DNA from: Lytechinus pictus
Lineage: Eukaryota
NCBI RefSeq assembly: GCF_037042905.1
Contig: NC_087252.1
Coordinates: 2,358,001 to 2,422,000, forward strand
Length of the DNA: 64,000 nt
Direction: 5' to 3'
The notes beneath the pieces were generated by a model. That model saw only the letters and a program-made list of their open reading frames with translations, had not been told where the DNA came from and made no database searches. Shown one piece after another: positions 11,317-24,382 of this stretch (position 1 is the first letter of the stretch; each line of letters opens with the position of its first letter). Made by a program: the position numbers and the translations under genes.

Positions 11317-14300
11317 ATCCACATATGAATAGTGCAAAACACTATGTTAAGAGTGCTCGACTACATAGGAGCAATAAACAAACAAGTAGAAATTTACCTG
11401 AAGAGTGGAAGCAGCGTTCTTGCTGTTCCTACGAAACAGCTCTGTCGTGCATGAAGTTACACTAATTTCTACTTGTTTGTTTATGTATGTATAAATATAT
11501 ATATACATATATAATGCATGTATATATATTTATTTTTATTAATCTGTGTATTCATATTTCATACAGTTCTTTTGGTATCTTCCATGGGTCGGTTTTGAGT
11601 GGGGTTCATTGCCATATGGAGTCTGCAAGCCCGGACTCATATTTTACACTCTAACCATTTATTCTTGGTCTCAAATGAAGACTAGACGCCAAACTATCAG
11701 TACAGTACATCAAGTCTAACTACCCTGCATTATGCACAAAGGGTCTGTGCCTGCAGACTAGCAGCAGGGAAGAGAGAGAGAGAGAGAGGAGGGGGTTTGG
11801 GTTAGTGTATTCTGAACAATGTCCCCTTCAAATATTATAAATATTATAAAATAATTTTTTTTTGAATGTGTTGCTGCCGTCTTATTTAATTCGCTCTCTT
11901 GTGATATACAAAAATGCACGTCCCTTTGTGAATTAAAAAAAACCCTGTAAATCATTAAGATTCTGGCTGCCAAGCATGTAATTACACTGAATAACTTGAT
12001 GTAATGATTCCATCATGATACTTGTTGATTCACTCTATATGTATAATGTATCCTGTTTTACTTAATTTGTTGTTACATACTTAAAATTGCTATGATCATG
12101 ATGATGTTGAGTTATTTGTTAAACTGCAGGGCGCCTTTGGGAAAACAGTTTTGCATAACTGTACAGGCCTACCATGCGGTATAAAATAAAGAAAACAAAT
12201 AAATAAATAAACAAACAAATGAATAAATACATAAATATACAGTTTCCACAAATTTCTCCAAAAAGTGTGCATGAAAGTTAATGAAATTCTTCAACATTAC
12301 TTTAGAAAATGGCAAAGCTTTCCCGTAACTAGCTACGGACCACTTTTTCAGGTTTCTTCGATTTTTTTTACACTGCTTGTCTCCCCTGTAAGAAACCTGC
12401 TTACGAGCATGTGATTTTCGTAATTTATCGTGAGTGAGGGATGACTAAGATGTACAGGGTTTCCACAGCTAACAGATCCCTAAGCGCGAATCCTAAATTT
12501 CTCCGAAATTTAGTGGCATATCCTGGAATCTTGAAATTGGTTTTGACCAAACTTTGTTGCAAGCCTGAAATGTGCCCTATGGCCAGAATCTAGGGCGTAT
12601 ATGGGAATAAGGACAAATTGATTATTCGAGCGCAAATTGATTTCGAGCAACAACAAAAATTAGCTACATAATGAAGCAAATGATTACATAAATATCACAT
12701 AAATTTGAAATTATTCCATTCAAATAGCATGTACTCCTTGATTATTTGGGTAAAATTAATGAAAATAAAACGAGTATTACACCAACTGCTTATGAGACGA
12801 AATGGTCATACTAGATCAACTGGTGATTAGACGAAGTGATGATTAGACCAAGTGGTTATAGGAGCAAATGGTTGTTAAACGAAATGTTGATGGACGGAAT
12901 TGCATTAAACTAAATGAAGGTAGACCATGAGGTGAGTAGACGAATTGGCAGTGTTACCATTTGGTGTCACTTTTTCGAAATGAAAAAAAAAGTACTAGTA
13001 TTGCCTATTAATAAAATGATATATATAAAACCCAACTTTATAAGGTTCTAATCCTGGTTGAATAATAAAAAAAAATTATGTTTCTCAATATCAAAATACC
13101 TTTCTGCTTTCAAACTTGGTTGTTTATCATTCGTCTTTACTTTGTTGATGAAAAAACGAGAATAATGATAATAAAAAAGAAAATTATGAATACGTGATTG
13201 CATAGATTACGGTGGAATGAATTGAAGTTATGTGTTTATGAGCGCGATATAGGTGTAAAGGTAACCAGCATTTCTTTGACATAAAACGTTGAATGATTCA
13301 GTCATTTTTTAGACCAACATTTTTATTAAACCCTTTTTCACGGGTATTGATAAATGAATTTTGAATGATAATTTTCCAGCCCCTACACTCTACAAAGTAA
13401 AATCTTAACTCAACAATTAAAAGGTTGGGGAGAGACAACATATTATCAAAAATGTTATATCCGACCTGACACAAACTTTAAGCTGAATCCAACAAGTTAA
13501 GTATTGGTCGAACCATTTAAAGTTGTAAATGCAGCATCTAGAAAAGGCTGACACTCCTCCAATCTTTCAATTATTAATTTTTTAGAGTGTAGCATCGACA
13601 AACCGTTTTATTGCTTCAGTCCCATTATCATGACCCCTTCTTATTACATAATATTATCACTTTGCTAGATCATTAACTCATTAATTGTTTAGATATTCCC
13701 TCCATAAATGTTTATGAGAGTTTCATTATTATGCATAATCATTACAACCACTAGCACATTATGAAAATATAAAATGGAATGCTCTAAAAGGCGCAGAGTG
13801 GGATGTAATAAATGAGAAGGTATTAACAATGAAAATAATATCGGCAAGTTATCAACAGAAATGACGGGCTTTGATACGTGATACCACATCGGAGTGAATA
13901 GACCAGTTCGTAGTTACTTCATGGACTATTTTGGTCAAATTACCTTTGATTTATTTCATTATTATAGGCAGATTTCAAAGCAAAATATTACGTAATCATG
14001 CCTTATACATTATACTATTATGCATATTATAGCATGTACAATGTACCTGACAAACTGAAATACCAGTCGTTCGTGGACGCATTGTTTTTTTGTGGATGTA
14101 AAAGATAAACACAGTTCAAAATAATATATGAATAATCAAGACATCAAAGTACGCACTTATCTCATTAAATTTTAAACAACCATGTGCCACTTTGGTACCA
14201 ATGAACTTCCTCTGATCATGCGCAAATCTTGTGATCATACGCAGAGTGGACACTGGAACTATGCACTGGCTTATTGACACTCCAACCTCAATTGAAAGCA

Positions 14301-14459
14301 AATGAAAATGAATTATAATGATTCAAAACCGAAATTCGAGATTGTATATTTGTTTATATATACACGTTTATTTTTAGGACGTATCCTTCAGCATTGATAT
14401 GAATGATTGAATATCACAGCAGTAATAAAGGATTACTTTTATGATATTGGGTTTTCTTA

Positions 14460-14912
14460 GGGCCTTTTCACACGTGGATCTTGAATCATCATTGTATTGA
14501 TGATTGCAATTCGTATGTACAATCATCGGACCTTTCACACGCTCACTCGAAAAATGTGATTTGAATTGAATTCCCGAGCGAATGTGGATATGCCCTTGAT
14601 GACTTGTCAATCAAAGCACTGCATCGACGATGAGAGCATGGCAATTGTATTATCTCCGGAAGTGCTTGAAAGGACACGCAATCTCCGCCCCCAAAAGATG
14701 TTTTGGCGGTCAATCCTTTAACACTTAAAATTCGTACCGTAATTTGAGTGAAACTTAACTGGAATTCACCTCCGGAGTAGAATTTGAATTCGTGATTGTG
14801 ATTAGCGTTTGTGATTCCAGTTTCGTTTCACATGTGCTAAAATTCGTCATTAGCCTTATTTTTCACTGGAATCATCTTTCAAATTACGATTTTTTTTTCC
14901 GTGTGAAAGGAC
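14460..14912. mobile_element. GGGCCTTTTCACACG-family MITE; shorter copies at about 24206-24378 (-) and 27270-27456 (+)
   Basis: GGCCTTTTCACACG ... CGTGTGAAAGGAC; shared AGCCTTATTTTTCACTGGAATCATC block. Confidence 0.7.
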
Positions 14913-17060
14913 GGTTAGGATATTGCAATAAATAATTATCCCATGTACAATAATTTTGTAAACTCTAACCATAAAGGTAAATAATTGGAGAGTTTTTCTT
15001 CAGATTGATTATTTGTTTATTGATTGGTTTAGTCATATGCTTGTTTACTTATTATACAGTATATACATATTTCTTTGGAAGTAAATAAAATTGGGTATAC
15101 TAGGATATTGAAGACCGACTGAATTCAAAACCCTTCTCACACCTAATCTTCTCTGCGTATAATACCTTGATGCGTTTAACATTAAGGTATTGTACACCTT
15201 TCGGAACAAACACGTCTCTCATGAACGCCCCGAAAACCTGTTTTTCCTTTGTTACGTATTTGCGAATAGTACCACGAGGACAAGGTCAAATTCTTTTTTT
15301 TTTTAAAGATATTTCCGAGTGAGGATAGACTGAGGCCACCGTCTTTCCAGTCCGTTCCTTTTATTTATCAACTGGCCAGTGATTTGTAAAAAACACCTTT
15401 TTTCAAACAAAACTGTTTTATTTTGGTACCGCCGATTATTGAAATCAATAGAGGTATTTTTCTCTCTAGCACTTTAACATGTATATTGGCCCATTTTCCC
15501 AATTATCACCAATCCCTATCGCTGTTATCATGATTTCCGTCTATATTAGTTTCTAATGTGATCATGATATGCAGTGATGGTGTATAAATACATGTATGAT
15601 ATGGCCCTAACATACTAAAAGAATATTCTACAACATGTCAGCTCGTTACATGATCATTTTACAAGAAATGATGTAAAGGATACATTGAGAAAGCCTAAAT
15701 TTAGGACAGATACGTACAAACACAGCCCTTTTACAGTATAGAACCAACTTGAAAGTTCTATTTATATGTCATCTACTTTTTATCTTTTTAGTTTTAAATA
15801 CAATCTAAAATCTATGGTATCTGCAGATGAGGTGTAAAATAATTCCAAGGATATATAATTATGCATATGTAAATCTAATTTTTTGTACATGGTACAATGT
15901 CTATATATCATTTTTCAGCGGTCTCTTGATCAATCAAAGTGTAGTGAAAAAAATGAAATATTAAATAGAAATCGTTGATCAGTGTTGACTGGTAATCCTT
16001 CTCCCACTTTTGATATTTGGTAATTTCTCTTTCAATCTAATTCATTGTTAGGTTATGTTCTACCTTCAAAATCTAAATTCACAAATTTGATTCAAATTGT
16101 CAAAGTTGATTATCAAATGAACATAAGTCCCAAGGATACCAATGATTTTCTTATAACATGTTTGCATACATGTTGTGCCTGTACAAATTATATACTACTA
16201 TTATGCATTATATCTTGTTTGTCCCTTGCCTATTATTATCAATAATTATATTTGTTGCTCTTTTTTGCTAACAGGGCCACATGGAAGACCATCAAGTTGG
16301 TGATATGTGCCACCCTGTGAAAATATCACAAATAAATACGTGAATAGATAAATGAATGAACAAATGAATACATGAATAAACAAATAAATAAATCATTATT
16401 TCTGCTGTTGATATGACCAAAGTAGGTCCATGATATTACTCTGTCAAATAACTATTTTTGTTTTATTATCGTTATCACCATTCTTGGTATGTACAACTAG
16501 GAGTTTAGAAATTAGAGGTAGGCTTCATATTGCCGCCAGCTTTTGATCACACACTACCATGATATAAGTCATGACTATTAGATAACTCTAACTTTAAATC
16601 AGCCAAGGGGAGGGGGTGGAATCGTCTTCTCTAATTTGATCATTCTAAAGGTTTGACGTCATGGAAGCATTTCATTCACTTAAAGAAACACTTGCTGTCG
16701 TGGAAGCGTCGTGGTGTAGCGGTTCTGACTCTCGCCTTGTAATCTGAGGAACGCGTGTTCGAATCCCTGGCCTAGCGTCAATCCCCAATTTTCCATTCTC
16801 CACCCATGTGTTAAATGGGTACCTGGTAGGATGCGAAAGCCTATGTAGTATGCCTAGCAATAGAGTCTTGGAACTCTTGTTGGAATGCTCCCTAGGGAGT
16901 ATAGAAGTGCATACATCAGAAGCGGATCTAGAGGGGGGGTTGGGGGGGTTGCAACCCCCCCCCAAAAAAAAATCCGGGGACCATTTTTTTTAATCTTATC
17001 TTTTTTTCTAAACTTGTAATTTTATTTTATTCTATTTCTATGTATTTATTTCATTTATTA

Positions 17061-17092
<32 letters not shown>

Positions 17093-17478
17093 TCTTTTTG
17101 GGGGAGGGGGGGGGGGGGTGGGCGAACAAATGTCACATCCCAGAGTCATAGTTCAGGGATTTGTACAGAAACATCCAAGGCGTCTCTTCTGCCAGTCCAT
17201 CATATTTGACTGAGATTTGCCAGTGAGTATCAGTGACAAGCTGTTCATAATAAAAGTATTAGGCTAACAGTGCTTATTCCAAGGTCCCCAATTCTTTGTA
17301 TCTGTGTTGTTAACTGGCCTTACATTGCAGGAAAATGCAACTTAATTTTACAAATTTTCATGGGGGTTAATTTGGCAACGACCTCTATACCAAAAAGAGT
17401 GGTGTTTTAGATGCAAGAAAACGCCATTTTCACACACAGATTTTCAAAAATTTTCCCTACTGTGGGAGGGGGGACACC

Positions 17479-18848
17479 CCGGGGGGGGGGGGGGGCACTC
17501 AGTATATAATGCATAGTGGGTATGTGCCGCGGAGGGGACCCCCATTTTTACACTCAAATTTCCGTTCCGAGGCATAGCATTTTTGTCTTATTGAGAAAAA
17601 GAACAAAGATTGCCGCTCCAAAGCATAGCATTTTCTTCTTCTCGAGAAAAAAGAAAAAAAAAATCCGCTCCAGGGCTTCGCATATTTTCCGGTACGCCGT
17701 TCCGGTCGCAATTTTGGTGAAAAGCGGCCGCAGCTCGCTGTCCGACCATCGCCTCTGTGCTAGCGCGCCCGTCAGTCGTGCCGCCGGGCTAGCTGCATGC
17801 ACGTTCCATAGGGATGCATACGCACTCGCACGCAGGCGACCCGTTCCAAGGACCCCCGTTTTCACAAACATTTGTAGTTCCAGAGGCGTCGATCCTGGGG
17901 GGGCAGGGGGGGGGCGATCGCCCCACCAATGAAAATATTGGGGGGGCAAACATACCATTTTGCCCCCCCCCCAATAATTCCGGATACACCAAAAAAAAAA
18001 AAGATTGTAATGTTCAGCAAGCGAGATTGAGATACACAACTCGTTCTTTATTTAAAATCGTGCTCAAAATGTCCGCTTTTCAGATTGGAATATAAAAAAT
18101 TTTAGCTCGCGCTTCGCGCTCGCATCATTTCTGTAGCAAAAACCCATATTTTCATGATGAAATAGGTGAATGTAAATGTCCCATTTTCAGTTTTAAGCTT
18201 AAAAAGAACTCCTGCTCCGATTGGCAATCATATTTTCTTGGATATATATCTTGTTCTTTATCAAAAACTTCCATTAAACTGTCATTTTTTTTCAGATCGA
18301 AATATCAAAATTTTCAGCTCGCGCTTCGAGCTCGCATCTATTCTTATTTTATATACCAATCTTAATCATTAGTACCAAATATGCTTAGAATATCAAGCTT
18401 TCAGGTCAGAATATAAAGAAATTTCAGCTCACTCTCGGCACTCGTACTATCTGTGTAGTGAGATATGTATCCTCCTCATGAGTTACAAACAGCCCGAAAC
18501 AAGCACGCTTTTCCTGTCAGTATGCTAAAAAAAATCAGCTCGCGCTTCGCGCTCGCATTAATTTGTTGGTGAGATACGTGTCTTTGTCTCATGAGTCATA
18601 TATATGTGTGTGTGTGTGTGTGTGCGTGTGTGTGTGTGGGGTGTGGATGGGTGTCTTATACGATCAAGCGCCTTTGAAACGTTAATGATTTTGCCCCCCC
18701 AATCTGAAAAATGGATCGACGCCCCTGGTAGTTCCGAAGCCCGTTCCGAGGACCCTCCTTTTTACAATTCGCCCGCTCCAAGGCCCCCGTTTTTTGTCTC
18801 GCCCGCGGCACACCCCTACCACTTTTTTGGTCGAGTGCCCCCCCTCCC
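17479..18848. mobile_element. poly-G/poly-C-ended MITE nested in 16917-18945
   Basis: CCG(n)CACTC ... GAGTGCCCCCCTCCC; internal GGACCCCC...TTTT repeats on both sides of the next insertion; ends approximate. Confidence 0.65.
17881..18727. mobile_element. CAGGGGCGTCGATCC-type element, innermost of the nest
   Basis: CAGAGGCGTCGATCC ... GGATCGACGCCCCTG, GTAGTTC duplicated; repeated TCAGCTCGCGCTTCGCGCTCGCAT motif. Confidence 0.85.
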
Positions 18849-19336
18849 ACACCCTCCCCCCTCGCTCGCTCCTTGGACTCGGTCGCTACGCTCCCTCGCA
18901 TACCACCCCAACCCCCCCCTTTATAAAAAGCTGGATCCGCCCCTGTACATTGTATGCGGGCATGCCAGGATCCGATGACCGGGGTAATAATATATCTGTA
19001 CAGCGCTTAGAGACGTCTTTATACGACGCTATATAAATGCGGAATATTAAGAGTTTTTGCAGGCAAATGTTGGCAGTGGTGGGGATAGGGATGAAAGCCA
19101 GACGGCATTTTTTAGGGTGCCGCAGCCCCTGCGCTTCCTGTTCGTTATCACAGATTCATCGTAAATACTGACATGGCGCCACTCCTCAAAAACTTTATTG
19201 TTTTTGTTTGATAGAGCTAAGTGTATTGCATACGCCGGAGATATGTCAGATTCATTTTGGAATGGGGCACGCTTAAGTATATACCTTTCAAGTAATACAT
19301 CATTCAAATTTAAGGCCCTTAACCTTTTCAACACGT

Positions 19337-19355
19337 AATATATATATATATATCT

Positions 19356-19397
<42 letters not shown>

Positions 19398-19427
19398 ATA
19401 CATACACATATATATATATATATATAT
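19337..19427. repeat. (TA)n microsatellite
   Basis: Direct reading. Confidence 0.95.
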
Positions 19428-19720
19428 TATGAGATGAGACCGCTACAAACGGTATATACATTAAGCAACAGGAATTAAGTTTGACTTTGAATGCATGGAC
19501 CTTTTCACACGATAGTTTCCTCTGCTCTGCTACTTAATTGGAGTTGCTATCATCGCTAAGTCCTTGAGCATGCTCCGTGATAAATCTATGTGATTTTCTC
19601 ACATGAATTTTTTTAATACTCCTGCTCATGAGTGAAAACAAACCAGAGAGATAGAGCGAGATGCACACATAGATAGAGTGAAAGAGAGAGAGAGGGGGAG
19701 GGGGGACAGGGAGAGATAGA

Positions 19721-19993
19721 CACTACCGTACCTACGTGGGGGGGGGGGTGCAGGGGGGGCAGTCTGCCCCCCTGACGAGCCACAACCCATGCAAAGGACG
19801 TATCCCTGCCCCCTGACGAGCTTGAAAGACCTTTTTTGCCCCCCCCCCCCCTTGACGAGCTTGAAGACTTTTTTTTTTTGCTTGTCAAATTTTTTTCTGG
19901 TACAAAATCCTTTATTTGTGATTGAAGACCTTTTATTTGGCGGACGGTTTTGCCCCCCCCCCCCCCCTGTGGAAAATCCTAGGTACGCCACTG
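19721..19993 (-). mobile_element. hAT-like MITE (CAGTGGCGTACC family)
   Basis: TIRs CACTACCGTACCTA / TAGGTACGCCACTG; flanks GAGATAGA / GAGAGAGA. Confidence 0.8.
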
Positions 19994-21607
19994 GAGAGAG
20001 AGAAAGGGACATGTGCATATATATGCACATGTACATGTAGAGAGAGAGGAAGGCGATGAGCGGTGTTCCTATTTTCAATAATATATTTTACTGCACATTA
20101 CAAAGGCAGTGATGTCTGTTTATGAGTTCAGTGGTTCTTGTATACCACTATGTAATATTTTCCCCTTTTTATTAAAAAAACACCTTTTTTATACTGTGCT
20201 ATAATGCTTATATATAGAACACAATAATACGAATTTTCTACGGGCCCCTGCCTTCCATTCTTTCCCTGTGTGTGTCTCGCCGTTCAACTATCAGACGATT
20301 GACAATGATGCACTATGATGAAGGCATGCGTTATAGATTTTTCTATTATTGATATGTTTGCATTTGTTATGTGCACCCAAAGTATCATTGACAAAATTTG
20401 TCAGGTTTTTAAGTGCGTTTAGGTGAATCGAGCAAAGCAAATCACACCAAAAAAACACATAGGTATAGTTTGAGATATATTTTCTACCCTTCTCCCAAAA
20501 GTTTTCAAACGCTTTTTAAAATAATGTCGCTCTCTGGAAACATATTTTCCCTTCTATATTATAAATTCGAAATACAGAATAGAAAATATCCCACCGATCG
20601 CCCCATGGGTCTGCATTACGGTATTTAGAACTCATGATCTACTCGGCTACCATAATATCTGTCAGTTTTTAAGTTGTGTTATTGTTATTTCTTTTATTTT
20701 TTGTGGGGGGTTCTGTAGCCACTTCGGTTAATTTGAGTTCAATTAAGTTTATTTGTCATTTCACTTTTTCTGTTTAATTATTTTATATGATAAACGCTAC
20801 GATTCGCCGCCGCCATCGTCGTCAACTTCCATTCCTCCCTATATTTTTATATACGATGGTTTTGGGAAGTTAGGTGTTACACACTCTCTCACGAGTCGGT
20901 AGTTTACCATTTTCGATTATTGCTTATTAGAGTGGAAGTCTAGCAAACAAACACTCTATTCAAGGATCTCGCATCAGATTGGGATTTTGTTAAATGTTTC
21001 GGTTTTTAATGTTTAAAGATGCAGGGTCTATTACAGGGAAATCAATTGAAAGTTGAAGGGAAGGACTAAAATGAAACGTGTGGATTCGTACGAAAGAGCT
21101 CTGTCCTCGTACCATTATGGAGCAAGGTTAGTCGATGGGTAAATACTGTGCGTTATTTGGATCTTGCGTAACATGAAATGGTTTTATTTTTTTTTTTTAA
21201 TATCCCTTTCTAAACAGATGTTTAAACGTGTCATTTACTTGATGGTGATGGAGAGATTTTCTTTCCCGTCGACTTATAACCCATCATATATCGACTTGGC
21301 GAGATTTTGTTATTTTCCAAAGTCCACTTGTTAAAGTTGATTGTCGACATGGCATGCATGGCGAGATACGTTATCATGCAAGTCGAATTGTGAATGTTAT
21401 TCTAATATCATCGCTTTTGTCGAAAAACATGACAAGGTGAGCTACGTATAGGCCGATATATCTTGCTTAGCTGCCTTTCATGATACGATGATTGTAAACA
21501 TTAGTCATGAGAAGGTAAATTATTCCTTTTCACCATGTTTACCTCATTTTAACCACTTTCCTCATTCCCACACGTTAGAAACCACTTGGGTTATATATAT
21601 ACTATAT

Positions 21608-21868
21608 AGCTCGGTTGACACTTTCACGCATCGTGGATCCCGCATAGTTTGCGCATGGGCACGCACTCATGCGGGCCAATGCGCGAACTATGCGTGCCAG
21701 CTTGCGGATAGGTACACGATGCGCAAACATGTCGTGAACGTGTCGGGACATTAATGCGTGAACTGATATAGCCAAGTCGTGCCATAAAGTGTCCCGCACT
21801 GGCACGCATCAATGCGGGGCAATGCTGGCACCACAATCATGACAATGTGTGCAAGTGTCAACTGGGCA
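21608..21868. mobile_element. MITE with CG-rich core
   Basis: AGCTCGGTTGACACTTTCACGCAT ... ATGTGTGCAAGTGTCAACTGGGCA. Confidence 0.65.
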
Positions 21869-21991
21869 TATTTAAAGTGAATATATATTAGTGTGATAAT
21901 GTGATTAATTCCCCTGTCCTTTTCATGAGGGACCTATTAAAATGACTTATCAAAATACCACCATATGACATTACAATTTCAGGGGCGTCGC

Positions 21992-22572
21992 ACGGGGGGG
22001 GGGGGGGGGGGCCACTTCCATTGACGAGTGGATACCATGCGCGACCACGGGGTCTCGAAAAGCACCCTAAACACGTATTTTCCATGTTCTGAAAATGCAC
22101 CCCTTAACAAGTATTGGCGTCTGAAACCCTACCCTTAACAAGTATTGGAAACAAAACAATACTCTTATTGGCAAGTATTCCCTGAAATGAACCCGTAAAC
22201 AAGTATATTTTATTGTTGTGTCACGGTCCGTCAGTCGTCGTTTTTACCTAATTTACACACCATTTGGTTTAGTAAGGTCCCACCTTCCTCACCTCGCGCA
22301 AATCGGGACTCTAAACACGTAGTGTTGGGGCAAAAAGGACATCCTTTATACAACATTTTAATTTTGTTTTATCATCCCCGCAAATGTGACCCTAAACACG
22401 TAGCTTTCCTAGCGAAATAGATACCCTTTTTTCATTATTTTTTGTGTTTTTGACACCCTTATCACGTTACGTACGTAACGTGCCCTATCTTGAAAAAGAC
22501 ATCATTTTTACGTGTTTTCTTGGTCGCGCATGGTATCCACTCGTCAATGTAAGTGCCCCCCCCCCCCCCCGG
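21992..22572. mobile_element. MITE with about 55-bp TIRs, inserted in the end of a CAGGGGCGTCGATCC element
   Basis: G(n)CCACTTCCATTGACGAGTGGATACCATGCGCGACCA / TGGTCGCGCATGGTATCCACTCGTCAATGTAAGTGC(n); GGGGCGTCG on both flanks. Confidence 0.8.
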
Positions 22573-23044
22573 GGGGCGTCGATCCATGGTTCGAAAAAGG
22601 GAGGAAGGCAAAAGAGGGAAAAAAGTTCAATATTTTCTGCGCGCGGATCGCGTCGAATATTTATTTGACAGTTTTGCATGTTAACTTTGCCGGGTTTAAT
22701 TATAGTGGTTTCCAATGATTTTATATGCATTACAAATTATTATCACTTTCTCATGCTGTCAAAATTATTGGGGAGATTTAAGTTATTTTTTTCCGCCATA
22801 ACTAAATCTTTGGATACATTTTATTCTCTGATTTGATATCATAATTGAGATATATTTTCATTATAATGTTCTGAATATTTGATACATCAATTACACATCA
22901 TTCATATTCTAGTGATCTTTTTTTCTAGTGATCTATATTTCTAGTGATCTATCAAGATGTTGATCGATTAAGTAAGGGTAAATTCTTCACTATTGAATTC
23001 TAGTTTGTACTGACATTTCTTCAAAAGCAGAATGGGGTTCTCTT

Positions 23045-23326
23045 CAGTGGCGTACCTAAGATTTTCCACAGGGAAGGCAAAACCGTCCGCCAAAAAAATT
23101 GACAAGCAAAAAAAAAAAAAAAAAGGTCTTCAATCACAAATAAAGGATTTTTTTACCAGAAAAAAAATGTGACAAGCAAAAAAAAAAAAAAAAAGGTCTT
23201 CAAGCTCGTCAGGGGGGCAAAAAAGGTATTTCAAGCTCATCAGGGGGGCAGGGATACGTACTTTGCATGGGTTGTGGCTCGTCAGGGGGGCAGACTGCCC
23301 CCCCCCCCCTCGTAGGTACGCTAGTG
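23045..23326 (+). mobile_element. hAT-like MITE (CAGTGGCGTACC family)
   Basis: CAGTGGCGTACCTA...TAGGTACGCTAGTG with perfect 8-bp TSD GTTCTCTT. Confidence 0.88.
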
Positions 23327-23527
23327 GTTCTCTTATTTGTTGATCAAGATATCTTACCTTGCTAGCAGGCATTTCATTAAAGTTACTGATTTCTAAGAAC
23401 CATTATTGTATTTTGTTTGGGTACCATAGGTTGAGGGACAGATGTAGATGACTCTTTCATAGTAGTATAATGGTATTGTTACAATCCAGCGCAAGACTTC
23501 CCAGATGAAAAGACACTCTCTCCATAA

Positions 23528-23693
23528 TACCTCAGTCACATTTGCTCTACGGCGGCCATAGGGTCAGTCGAAAACAGCCGTTTTGTTTATTCTTATTCAA
23601 ACCACCTACATGGAGCTGGTACAAAAATGTTAAAAAGGCTGTTTTCCTCTCGCCGTACGGCCACCGCGCCGTAGAACAAATGTGACTGAGGTA
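23528..23693. mobile_element. Harbinger/Tourist-like MITE
   Basis: TACCTCAGTCACATTTGCTCTACGG ... CCGTAGAACAAATGTGACTGAGGTA; same family as 44414-44588. Confidence 0.85.
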
Positions 23694-24382
23694 TATTGTT
23701 CAGTGAAGAAATCTAAACTATATTTGATCCAACGACCTTACAATGGTTAGAAGCACTGGCATTACAATGTGGCATTGATAGGGGGGGGGTCTGAAAGTAG
23801 TGCAACCACAAATATGGACCCCCCCCCCCCCCCGTTTGTGACTAAACGTGTTCAAACGCTTGCTTGTATGATAAACAAAATGCACAGGCAAATGAATCAA
23901 CCTGCTAAAACAATATTTGCAAAAATTGTATTATTTTTCAACCAACTACAAAGTGGATGCTATTTTATGCCAGTTGACATAATAATAATAACGCGCCTCG
24001 GAATAGAATATTTCTAGATAGATGGCGCTATATAAATGCCTCTTATAATAATTATTATCATTATTATTATTAATATGACTATTTTTGTCCAAGGAGTGTA
24101 TGGATTTACTTCTGTTTGTTCACCGGCAATTCTATACTGCAGTGTTTAGTTTCTACAAATGCCGTTATCGGCAATAATACGTCAACTTCATTCAAGAACT
24201 AACCGCCCTTTCACACGGTAAAAAAAATGTATTTTGAATGACGATTCCAGTGAATAATTAGGCTAATGACAAATTTTTAGCACGTGTGAAACCAACCTCC
24301 AAACTAGAACATGATTAGAATCACAAACGCCTGCTATCATCACTAATGATGATTCAAGATTCACGTGTGACAAGGACCTTAA

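Larger units (their letters stand above)
16917..18945. mobile_element. CAGGGGCGGATCCAG-type TIR element inserted in the SINE
   Basis: CAGAAGCGGATCTAG ... CTGGATCCGCCCCTG, 5-bp TSD TACAT. Confidence 0.8.
16701..19047 (+). mobile_element. tRNA-derived SINE split into 16701-16916 and 18946-19047 by nested insertions
   Basis: A/B boxes and AAATGGGTACC core on the left; SINE-type tail (GTACAGCGCTTAGAG...GCTATATAAATGC) on the right; TACAT duplicated at the break. Confidence 0.75.

Noticed and set aside
17499..19036. Cluster of 60-160 aa ORFs suggesting a transposase
   Set aside because: They arise from GC-rich, homopolymer-rich nested MITEs; no DDE or DNA-binding motifs are recognisable.
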